Assembly: GCF_902713615.1 (NCBI RefSeq)
Contig: NC_052149.1
Coordinates: forward strand, 127,227,256 to 127,291,255
DNA: 64,000 nucleotides
Direction: 5' to 3'
Source: Scyliorhinus canicula
Lineage: Eukaryota
The number at the start of each line of letters is the position of its first letter. Position 1 is the first letter of the stretch. The notes under the pieces are model-generated. The model worked only from the letters and a program-made list of their open reading frames with translations, had not been told where the DNA came from and made no database searches. The position numbers and the translations under genes are program-made. Below are positions 47,900-58,935 of this stretch, in pieces.

Positions 47900-49850
47900 C
47901 TTCCTTTGTGCTGGGTATGACTCCAACCAGCGGAGAGTTTCCCTCTGATTCCCATTGACTCCAGTTTTGCTCGGGCTCCTTGATGCCAAACTTGGTCAAA
48001 TGCTGCCTCGAGGTCAAAGGGCAGTTACTCTGGCCTCACCGCTGGAGTTCAGCTCTTTTGTCCATGTTTGAACCAAGGCTGTAATGAGGTCAGGAGATGA
48101 GTGACCCTGGCAGATCGCAAACTGAGCGTCAGTGAGCAGGTTACTGCTGAGTAAATGCGACTTGATAGCAGGGTCGTTAACAACACCAATCATTTTCCCG
48201 ATGATTGAAAGTTGACTGACGGGCAGTAATTGTCCTGATTGGATTTGTCCAGATTTTTGTGGACAGGACACACCTAGGTAATTTTCCACATTGTTGGGTT
48301 GATGCCTTTTTTTGTAGCTAAACTTAAACAATTTCGCTAGGGGTACATCCTGAACACAAGACCATAAGAAATAGGGGCCAGAGTAAACCATTCGGCCCAT
48401 CGAGCCTGCTGCACCATTCAATACGATCATGACTGATCTTGGTCTTCAACTCTATTTTCCTGCCATTCCCTGTATCCCTTAATTCCCTGAGAGACCAAAA
48501 ATCTATTAATCCAAACTTGGAATATATTCAACAATGGAGCATCCAGAACCCTCGGGGTCGAGAACTCCAAAGATTCACAATCGTTTGAGTGAAGAAATTT
48601 CTCCTTCTCTCAATCCAAAATGATCGGCTCCTTACCCTGAGACTGTGACCCTGTGTTTCCGATTCCCCGACCTGCGGAGACAATCTCTCAGCGTCTACAC
48701 AAGTCTGGAACACAAGTCTTCAGTACTACTGGGGGGATGATGTCAGGGCCCAGAGTATTCGCAGTATCCAGGGCCTTCAGTACTACTGGGGGGATGATGT
48801 CAGAGCCCAGAGCATTCGCAGTATCCAGGGCCTTCAGTACTACTGGGGGGATGATGTCAGAGCCCAGAGCATTCACAGTATCCTGGGCCTTCAGTACTAC
48901 TGGGGGGATGATGTCAGGGCCCAGAGTATTCACAGTATCCAGGGCCTTCAGTACTACTGGGGGGATGATGTCAGGGCCCAGAGCATTCGCAGTATCCAGG
49001 GCCTTCAGTATTACTGGGGGGATGATGTCAGGGCCCGGAGCATTCACAGTATCCAGGGCCTTCAGTACTACTGGGGGGGATGATGTCAGGGTCCAGAGCA
49101 TTCGCAGTATCCAGGGCCTTCAGTACTACTGGGGGGATGATGTCAGGGCCCAGAGCATTCGCAGTATCCAGGGCCTTCAGTACTACTGGGGGGATGATGT
49201 CAGGGCCCAGAGCTTTCGCAGTATCCAGGGCCTTCAGTACTACTGGGGGGATGATGTCAGGGCCCGGAGCTTTCGCAGTATCCAGGGCCTTCAGTACTAC
49301 TGGGGGGATGATGTCAGGGCCCGGAGCTTTCGCAGTATCCAGGGCCTTCACTACTACTGGGGGAATGATGTCAGGGCCCGGAGCTTTCGCAGTATCCAGG
49401 GCCTTCAGTACTACTGGGGGGATGATGTCAGGGCCCGGAGCATTTGCAGTATCCAGGGTCTTCAGCGTTTCTTGATATCACGCGGAGTGAATCAAACTGG
49501 CTGAAGACTGACATCTGTGATGCTGGGATCTCAGGAGGAGACCGGGATGGATCATCCACTCGGCACTTCTGGTTGGGCTCCTCCATCATTGAGGATGGAG
49601 ATATTTGTGGAGCCGCCTCCTCCAGTGAGTTATTTAATTGTCCATCAGCATTCACGTCTGGATATGTCAGGACTGCAGAGCTTCGATCTGATCCGTGGGT
49701 TGTGGGATCGTTTAGCTCTGTCTGTCACATGCTGCTTCTGCTGTTTGACACACAGTCCTGTGTTGTATCGGCACCAGGTTGACACCTCATTTTTCAGTCT
49801 GCCTGGTGCTGCTCCTGGCGTGTCCTCCTGCACTCTTCATTGAACTGAAA
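47900..49850 (-). mobile_element. LINE family B fragment, interrupted by a CR1 3' end (48361-48707, 9-bp TSD gaacacaag) and carrying a 57-bp array
   Basis: Similar to 14690-15700 and 40560-41420; TSD at 48352-48360 and 48708-48716. Confidence 0.75.
48721..49462. repeat. 57-bp minisatellite, 13 copies, derived from LINE coding sequence (VLKALDTANALGPDIIPPV)
   Basis: Unit starts at 48721, 48778, 48835, ... 49406; one copy has an extra G. Confidence 0.95.
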
Positions 49851-50149
49851 CCAGCAGAAAATCCACACAGACAGACTCATGTGTGTCTGATTTGTTTGTG
49901 TGTTTATTAGACGTGACTGAGCAGATAGCAAGAGTTTCAGCAGCAACAAAGATGTTTCTCTAGTTCACCTCCCACTTTCCCCATCCACTTCCAAAATCCT
50001 TACGGGGAAAGGGCTCAGCTCCTGCCATTGACTGGCTAAATGTCCCCCCTCTAGACTCCAGGCCTCCCATAATCTGCTCTCCATCTCTCTCCTGAAGACA
50101 CTCTCTCTGGCTGGGGAACAGCTCCACCCTCCCCAGGTAAATAAATAAT

Positions 50150-50312
50150 CACTTATTGTCATAGGTAGGCTTCAATGAAGTTACTGTGAAAAGCCCCCAG
50201 CCGCCACATTCCTGCACCTGTTCGGGAAGGCAAGTACGGGAATTGAACCCGAGCTGCTGGTCTTGTTCTGCATTACAAGCCAGCTGTTTAGCCCACTGTA
50301 CTAAATCAGCCC
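50150..50312 (-). mobile_element. SINE family A copy
   Basis: Similar to 9439-9606. Confidence 0.85.
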
Positions 50313-50384
50313 CTCAAGTAGCCTCATTCCTCCAAGTGTGAGGCAGGAGGGTGAACATGGCAGCCTATTGGAGCGTGAGGTGCC

Positions 50385-50765
50385 AGCCGTGCCTCAGTGG
50401 GTAGCACTCTGGCCTCTGAGTCACAACGTTGTGGCTTCAAATCCCACTCCAGAGATTTGAGCACATAATCCAGGCTGAGACTCCAGTGCAGTATTGAGGG
50501 AGGGCTGCACTGTCAGAGGTGCTGTCTTTCTGATTAAACAAACTGATGTCTGCCCTCTCAGGGGGTGTAAAAGATCCTATGGCTCTATTAGAGGGAGAGC
50601 AGGGGAGATCTCCCCGGTGTCCTGGTCAATATTTATCCCTCAGTCAACATTACCTGGTCATTATCACTCTGCTCTCTGTGATCTTGCTCTGCACAATTTG
50701 CTGTAAAACAGTTTGGGACATTCTGAGATTGGATCAGGTGCTATAGAAATGCAAATCTTTCTTTG
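50385..50765 (+). mobile_element. Deu-domain SINE (SacSINE1/AmnSINE-like)
   Basis: tRNA-like head followed by ccagtgcagtattgagggagggctgcactgtcagaggtgctgtcttt, recognised from memory as the DeuSINE core. Confidence 0.65.
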
Positions 50766-50960
50766 AGATTGGAGATTCCTAATCCTGACCCTCACCCATT
50801 GACTGCACACTCTCAGCCTCCAGGGGTCATGGGGTCATTCAGAGCAGTGACGCTGACTGACCCCTGGACACTAAAACTAATTGTAGCCTCTCGCTTGACC
50901 TCAACCCAATGCTGGGTAGCAAGGATTGAAATTAAATCTAGAACTTTCTACACTGACAGC

Positions 50961-53900
50961 TGATGGAACCATCAAATCACCAGACACGTGTTTCATATGT
51001 GAATCTAGGCTTTAATCGACTTACTTCAGAGTCAGCCTGTTACCTGTCGATGAACTCGTAGTGAACTCAGGCTGACTCTGGACACGGGTATTTATACAGC
51101 TGCACTGGGGGAGGAGTTGTGGGCGGAGCCAAGGGTGGAGCCCAGTACAAGTTCCTGAGTGCTCCCAGCACTACTCCCCCTAATGGTAGGATAGCGTTAC
51201 TGCGCTTACATAGTCAGTGTGAATTAACATATATACATCTATATTACATTCACCACATTCACCCCCTGCAAAAAAAATCAAGTCCGGCAGGGGTGGTGGT
51301 CTAGTCTATTAAGTCAGTCTGTCCGGCGGTCGAATTGTCCGCTGAGATCTGCGGAGCACCGGGGTTGCAGCCTCTTGCGGTGGCTGGATGGGTGTTGTGT
51401 GCTGGGGTACGATGGTGGACTCCAGGGAGGGTTGTATCCGAGCTTCATATGCTCCTGGTTCGACCGGGGACTGGGGGCGCTGGGGGCTGGCCGGCGCGGG
51501 GGCGCGGAACTGGTGGAGCGAGCCCGTGGGCTCGGAAGCGCCGGGGGCGGCAGCATGGGGTGTAGGGTGAGAGGTCCTTCTGTGGGGGTAGAGGGGGCGC
51601 TGGATCTGGCGGGTGCCAGATCCCGGAGGGATACCGTGTCCTGACAGCCGTCAGGGAACTCGACGAATGCGTACTGGGGGTTGGAGTGGAGCAGGCGCAC
51701 CTTTTCAACAAGGGGGTCGGTTTTGTGCGCCCTGACGTGTTTCATCAGGAGTATGGGGCCCGGCGTCCTCAGCCATGACGGAAGTGAGACCCCCGTGTAG
51801 TGCCCCTGGAAAAAATGAAGAGCCTCTCGTGAGGGGTCTGGTTGGTCGCCGTGCACAAAAGGGACCTAATGGCGTGGAGCGCGTCTGGGAGGACTTCCTG
51901 CCACTGGGAGACTTGGAGCTTTCTAGACCGGAGGGTCAGTAGGACGGTCTTCCAGACCATCGCGTTCTCCCTCTCCACCTTCCCGTTCCCCCTGGGGTTG
52001 TAGCTGGTAGTCCTGCTCGAGGCAATGCCCTTTTCGAGCAGGTACTGACGCAGCTCGTCGCTTGTGAAGGACGAACCCCGGTCGCTGTGTACGTAGCTGG
52101 GGAAACCAAACAGGGTGAAGATGCTATGCAGGGCCCTAATGACTGTGTGGGAGGTCATGTCGGGGCGCGGGATAGCGAATGGGAAACGGGAGAACTCGTC
52201 TACGACGTTTAAGAAGTCAACGTTCTTGTTAGTTGAGGGGAGTGGCCCTTTGAAATCAATCGCGAGGCGTTCAAAGGGCCTAGAAGCCTTGACCAGGTGG
52301 GCCCTATCTGGTCTATAGAAGTGCAGTTTGCACTCCGCACAGATCGGGCAGTCCCTGGTGACCGCTTTTACCTCCTCATGGAGAAAGGCAGGTTTCGGGC
52401 CCTGATGTAGTGAGCGAGCCGGGTGGCCCCCGGGTGGCAGAGGTCATTGTGGATGACTTTTAATCTGTCGATCTGCGTGCTGGCGCATGTCCCGCGGGAT
52501 AGGGCATCCGGAGGCTCGTTGAGCTTCCCGGGTCGATATTTGATATCATAATTGTAGGTGGAGAGTTCGATCCTCCACCTCAGAATTTTATCGTTTTTAT
52601 TTTGCCCCTTTGCGAGTCGTCAAACATGAATGCAACCGATCTTTGGTCGGTGATGAGGATGAACCTCCTACCTGCGAGGTAGTGCCTCCAGTGACGGATA
52701 GCCTCCACAATGGCTTGTGCTTCTTTCTCGACTGAAGAGTGTCCGAGTTCTGAAGCGGAGATGGTACGGGAGAAAAATGCAACTGATCTCCCTGCCTGAT
52801 TTAACGTGGCTGCAAGAGCTACCTCTGAGGCGTCGCTCTCTATCTGAAATGGGGTGGATTCATCCACCGCCCGCATGGCCGCTTTGGCGATGTCCTCCTT
52901 GATGCCGTCGAAGACCTGGCGTGCCTCAGGTGACATGGGAAATTGTGTGGTCCTAAAGAGTGGGTAGGCTTTGTCCGCATATTGAGGGACCCATGGGGCG
53001 TAGTAGGAAAAAAACAACGAGGGGGAGGGAGTTCTATGAGGGGGTGCATACGGTCCGGGTCGGGGCCCAGGACTCCGTTTTCCACGACATAGCCGAGGAT
53101 GGCTAGTTTGGATGTGCGGAAAACGCATTTCTCCTTGTTGTACGTGAGGTTCAGTTTCTGTGCCGTCTGGAGAAAACGGTGGATGTTGGAGTCGTGGTCC
53201 TGCTGGTCATAGCCGCAGATGGTGACATTGTCCAAGAACGGAAACGTGGCCCGCAGCCCGTACTGGTCCACCATTCGGTCCATTGCTCGTTGGAACACCG
53301 AGACCTCATTAGTGACGTCGAAAGGGACCCGGAGGAAATGGAAGAGGCGGCCATCGGCCTCGAATGCCGTGTAGTGGCGGTCCTCTGGGCGGATTGGGAG
53401 CTGGTGGTATGCCGACTTCAGATCCACCGTGGAAAGGAGCCGGTACTGGGCGATCTGGTTTACCATGTCTGCAATCCTGGGGAGGGGATACGCGTCGAGG
53501 AGCGTAAATCTATTTATAGTCTGACTGTTGTCGACCACCATGCGGAATTTTTCCCCGGTCTTAACGACCACCACCTGAGCTCTCCAGGGACTATTGCTGG
53601 CCTCTATAACCCCCTCACTGAGTAGCCTTCGGACCTCTGCTCTGACAAATACCGTATCCTGCAGGCTATACCGCCTGCTACGAGTGGCTACGGGTTTACA
53701 GTCCTTAGTGAGATTGGCAAAGAGAGGAGGGGGGGGATTCGCAGCGCAGCGAAGCTCCAGATCGTGAGTGGGGGCAGGTGCCCTCCGAAGGTGAGGGTGA
53801 GGTTCTTGAGTTTGCATTGGAAGTCTAGGCCTAATAAGAGTAGTGCGCAGAGTTCGGGCAAAACATAGAGTTTGAATTTCAAGTAACTAGCGCCTCGGAT

Positions 53901-55726
53901 TGTGAGTGTCGCGGCGGTGCGCCCCTGGATCTGGACCGAATGGGAGCCTGAAGCGAGCGCGACAGTTTGCTGCACGGGGAAAACGGGGAGCGAACAGCGT
54001 CTTACAAGGTCTGGATGTATGAAGCTCTCCGTGCTCCCGGAGTCGAAGAGGCATGGCGTTTTGTACCCGTTGATATTGACCTCTGCCATCGGGTTTCATA
54101 GATTCTTTGGTCGTGATTGGTCCAGGGTGACCGCACTGAGTTGCGGGTAGACGACGGCTCGATCAGCTGTGCTGGAGTGGCCCCGTGATGACTGCTCTCT
54201 GAGTTCATAGTCTAATTCGAATTCCTCCGCTGAGATGTCCGAGCGCGGAGATGCCGATTGGGCCCGTGGATCGCACATGGCGAGCGGCGAGGAAGATGGC
54301 ATCCAAGATGGCGGCCCCCATGAGTCACACGTGGCGGGCGGCGAGGAAGATGGTGTCCAAGATGGCGGCCCCCATGAGTCGCATGTGGCCGGCCGCGTGG
54401 TGGAGGTTTTCCAAGATGGCCGCCCCCATGGATCGCACGTGGCTGGAGGGGGCGGAGTCGGGGCATAGGCCGCAGCGTTTCAGGCCCCGCGGGGCTGCGA
54501 GTGAGGGGAGCGATTACTGCGAGTCGCTGGGGAGTTGGAAGCTGGGGCCCTTTTTGCGAGGCACACTCTTGCGTAATGCCCTTTTCGCCCGCAGCTGCTG
54601 CAGGTCGTGTTGCGGGCCGGGCAGTGCTGCTGCGGGTGCTGGTTCTGGCTGCAGAAATGGCAGGCTGGAACAGCATAGTGGCTGGCTGGAGCAGCATAGT
54701 GGCTGGCTGGAGCAGCATAGTGGCTGGCTGGAGCAGCATAGTGGCAGGCTGGAGCAGCATAGTGGTTTGGCTGGAGCAGCATGGTGGCTGGGCGGCCGCG
54801 TAACACAGGCCTTAGGGGAGTTGCTGGTCGGGGGCCCATGATTGGGTCGCGGGGTCCGCGGGGAATGAGTTAAGGCTGCGGAAGGAGACCTCCATCGTGG
54901 TAGCAGCTTCCACAGTCATTTCTAAGTCCTGGGCCCCCTTTTCCAGCAGTCGTTGGCGCACATAGTTAGACCTGAGGCCCGCTACAAAAACATTGCGTAC
55001 CGCCAATTCCCTGTGTTCAGCCGCGGTTACTGCTTGATAATTACAGTCATTGGACAAATTATTACGTTCTCTTAGGAATTCGGCGAGTGATTCCGTAGGC
55101 CGCTGACGGCGAGTCATGAACACATGGCGAGCGTAAACTTCATTAATGGGCCTTACAGACATTTTTTCGAGAACTGCTAGCGCTGCAGTATATGAACTGG
55201 CCGAGTTTAGTTGCGTAGAGATTCTGTGGCTCACCCTCGCGTGCAGTAGACTTAGCTTCTGATCGTCTGTAGTTTTGGCTGTGCTCGCTTCGGCCGGGTA
55301 GGCCTTGAAGCACCGGATCCAGTGGGAGAAGATTTCTTTAGCCCTGCATCCTGCAAGTTGAGTTCCAGGCGTCCAGGCTTGAGGGCCGATTCCATAATCG
55401 ATCTTTACTGTTCTTAAGTCGATTAAATTGATGGAACCATCAATTCACCAGACACGTGTTTCCGATGTGAATCTAGGCTTTAATCGACTTACTTCAGAGC
55501 CAGCCTGTTACCTGTCGATGAACTCGTAGTGAACTCAGGCTGACTCTGGACACGGGTATTTATACAGCTGCACTAGAGGGAGGAGTCGTGGGCGGAGCCA
55601 AGGGTGGAGCCCAGTACAAGTTCCTGAGTGCTCCCAGCGCTACTCCCCGTAGTGGTAGGATAGCGCTTCTGCGCTTACAAAGACAGTGTGAATTAACATA
55701 TATACATCTATATTACATTCACCACA
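50961..55726 (-). mobile_element. Complete Gypsy provirus in the J-C intron, antisense to IgL, decayed ORFs, 5-bp TSD ACAGC
   Basis: LTRs 50961-51257 and 55429-55726 (about 14 differences by manual count); TSD acagc at 50956-50960 and 55727-55731; PPT at 51258-51269. gag from ATG near 55395, protease LFDSGS, RT (LDAYPLP, FLDNVT), RNase H, integrase (YVHSDRG, GKVERE). Confidence 0.96.
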
Positions 55727-56099
55727 ACAGCCAATCAGAATCCTTTGTGAAATGTGTTGTTCCAAGTCTGCTCGAATGTTCTGGGATAAAGTTTTCCAGA
55801 TCTGTGAGTGATCTGAGGTTTTTTAATGTTCAACCTGTTCCCCCAAACATACTGATCAATAGTACGAGCTTCCTGACTGGTTAACAGTCACTTAAAGGGA
55901 CATTGCGTCTTTAAATGTTCTCAATATTAACCATTTCAGTGCTGAATTTGTAGTAACCTTCTTTACAAATGTTTAAGAAACATTTCAAAATGATTTAATC
56001 GGTTTACACCAAACGTTCCCTCTGACACTGAACCAATTTGAAATGTAAAAGCCGGAATTCTCTGGCCGTTCTGATCCCCGCCATTTGGGGTGATTTCCC

Positions 56100-57300
56100 C
56101 CTCATCAACACTCCTCGTTCCCTCCCCAACAAATTCAATGAAGTTAGTCAGACACGACATTCTCTTAACAAATCCATGTTGACTGTCATTGATCGAACTG
56201 TGTCTCTCTCAATGATGATTATAATTTCTCTCAGAATAATTTCCAATAATGTCCCCACCACTGAGGTTAGACTGACTGGTCTGTAATGACTCAGTCTGTC
56301 CCTTCCTCCCTTTTCAAACAATGGTACAACATTATCAGTCCTCCAGTCCTCCAACCCCACGCCTGTAGTCAGAGAGGATTGGAAAATAATGGTCAGAGGC
56401 TCCGCTATTTCTTCCTTGAGCAGCCGCGGATACATTTCACCCAGGCCTGGGGGTATCTCCCCTTTCAAAGATGTTAAACACATTAATATCTCAGCGGTGC
56501 CTTCTCCAAAATCTGGAGGGGCTGGTTTAGCACAGGGCTAAATCGCTGGCTTTGAAAGCAGACCAAGGCAAGCCAGCCGCATGGTTCAATTCCCGTACCA
56601 ACCTCCCCGAACAGGTGCCGGAATGTGGCGACTAGGGGCTTCTCACTGTAACTTCATTAGAAGCCTACTTGTGACAATAAGCAATTTTCATTTAATTTCA
56701 TTTCATAACTCCTTTCTCACTATCTTTATCACATCCAATATTTCACAATTCTCCTCCTCCTGAACTCCAATGTCTGCTTTGTCCCTCTCATTAGTGAAAA
56801 CTGTTGTAAATTATTCATTAAGAACCATCTCCATGTCTTCCACCTCCACACACAAGTTACCTTTTGCTCTCTAATTGGTCTCGCTCATTCATTAGTTATC
56901 CTCTCACAATGTCCCTCACTATTGCTTTGTGTGAACACATTTGTTCTGAACTCTCTATATCTCCAGCTTGAATATCCTCCCACTGCTCTGACACTGTTTT
57001 ACCATCAAGTCACTGTTTCCTGTCCATTTTGGCAAATCCTAGTTTAGTAAGATTGGTCTTTCGTTAATTTAAAACTTTTACTCTTGGTCTATCTTTACTC
57101 TTTTCCATAACTACTCTAAATCTAACTGAATTATGGTCACTATTACCCAAATACTCTCTCACTGATACACCTTCACCAGCCCAGATTCATGCCTTAAAAC
57201 TGTCCAAAACTGCCCCTTTTCTTCTTGGGATTGTTTTGTGCTAGTTAGAAATGTTCCTCGGAATGGATTGTCAGAATTCAGGATCATCTATACATTGACA
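56100..57300 (-). mobile_element. Old CR1 fragments interrupted by a SINE family A copy (56518-56704, + strand)
   Basis: ORF 56148-56483 EIAEPLTIIFQSSL...YRPVSLTSVVG; SINE with an (atttc)n tail. Confidence 0.8.
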
Positions 57301-57381
57301 TTGATTTGATCCCAGTTAATATTTGGGAAGTTGAAATCTTTTACAATGGCAGCGATTAAAATTCCTGCTTTTCACTTTCAG

Positions 57382-57710
57382 GCCGTGAGAATTCACAACC
57401 TACACTGACCCTGCTGCCCCCCTCCCTGGAGGAGGTCAAGACCAAGGGCACTGCCACCCTGGTGTGCCTTGCCAATCACTTCTATCCCGATGAGCTGGTG
57501 GTGGAGTGGAAGAAGGATGGTGCAGCCATTTCGGACGGGGTTCAGACCAGCAACTACCTGCGAGCTTCGGACAACACCTACAGTGTCAGCAGCCTGCTGA
57601 CCCTCTCTGGCTCTGCCTGGGAGTCCAACGCCCGCTTCTCCTGTGCCCTCACCCACGTGAGCCTCTCCTCTGCCCTCAGCAAGAGCATCAGGAGATCAGA
57701 ATGTGTGTAG
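57382..57710 (+). CDS. Ig light chain constant exon, type I/NS5 (sigma-cart): RENSQPTLTLLPPSLEEVKTKGTATLVCLANHFYPDELVVEWKKDG...NARFSCALTHVSLSSALSKSIRRSECV
   Basis: Acceptor ttttcactttcAG at 57380-57381; intact C1-set domain with both Cys, Trp and the terminal interchain Cys. LVCLANHFYPDEL/WESNARFSCALTH matches shark type I C regions as I recall them. Confidence 0.96.
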
Positions 57711-58139
57711 AATGTTAGAGACAGTCCACAGAGGAGACACAACTTTAAATAGAACAGGGGTGAGCTGTGAGGACAAAGGTCATCGTCAGCACTGAATCGC
57801 AACTCTCTTCCTTCTCCGGACTGGGTCTGAGACACTTCTGAGGGTCAGGAGCTGAGACGTTATTCGGACAGTGTAGTGAGAGCTGTACTCCATATGTAAC
57901 CTCGTGTTGTATCTGTCCTGTGAGTGTTTGATGGGACACTGCAGACTCGTGATGCCAAGTTAAACCTCTCTAAGATGCTGTAAACTGTCAGCTGTACAAA
58001 AATAATGTGACCCTCTGAAGTCCCTGCTTCAGGAAACCAGACCTTCTTCCTGCTCACCCTGCAGTTACAATTTAAGGTTTAGTCATTGTTTAAAGGGACA
58101 GGATTCTCCTGTTATTGAGAAAATCTCCACAAGTGTTTT

Positions 58140-58145
58140 AATAAA
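58140..58145 (+). terminator. Candidate IgL polyadenylation signal AATAAA (second candidate 58234-58239)
   Basis: First AATAAA downstream of the C stop codon. Confidence 0.5.
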
Positions 58146-58399
58146 CCTCCATTCTCCCTGTGAATTTATCCAGCTTCCTCTGGATGGGCTGTTTATCCAA
58201 GATTTTTTTTGACAATGTAAATCTGTAAAAGATAATAAAAAAGTATCTTCACTATGTGGATTTGGGTTTATTGTCACATGCACCAAGGTATAGTGAAAAG
58301 CATTGTTCTGCGTACAGTCCAGATAGATTGTTCCATTCATGAAAATACACAATGTAAATACATAGACATAAACATCGGGTGAAGCATACGGAGTGTAGG

Positions 58400-58935
58400 C
58401 TCAAAGAACAAAGAACAATGCAGCACAGGAACAGGCGCTTCATCCCTCCAAGCCTGTACCGCTCACAGGTCAGCCCTCAACGTCGTTCTAACGAAAACAG
58501 TCCGAGCCTGTTCAGCCTCTCCGCATAGCTAACACCCTCCAGACCAGGCACCATCCTGGTAAACCTCCTCTGCACCCTCCCCACAGCCCCCACATCTATC
58601 TGGTAGTGTGGCGACCAGAATTGTGCGCAATATTCCAAGTGCGGCCTCACCTAGGTTCTATACAGCTGTCGCATGACTTGCCGGTTTTCATACTCGATGC
58701 CCCGACCAATGAAGGCAAGCATTCTGTCTGCTTTCTTGACTACCTTGTCCACTTGTGTTGTCACTTTCAAAGATCTGTGGACTTGCAGGCCCAGACCTCT
58801 CTGACTTTCTATATTTCAAAGAGTTTTGCCATTTATGGTATTTCCCCCCTCTGTTAGACCTACCAAAATGCTGTACCTCACATTTGTCTGGATTAAATTC
58901 CATTTGCCATTTCTCTGCCCATGTCTCCAAGCGAT
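58400..58935 (-). mobile_element. CR1 3' fragment
   Basis: ORF 58688-58930 WAEKWQMEFNPDKCEVQHFG. Confidence 0.85.

Noticed and set aside
44744-57710. Assignment as kappa, or as a germline-joined VJ
   Set aside because: The 12/23 arrangement is kappa-like, but the leader and C sequences match type I/NS5; V and J are separated by about 860 bp with intact RSSs.
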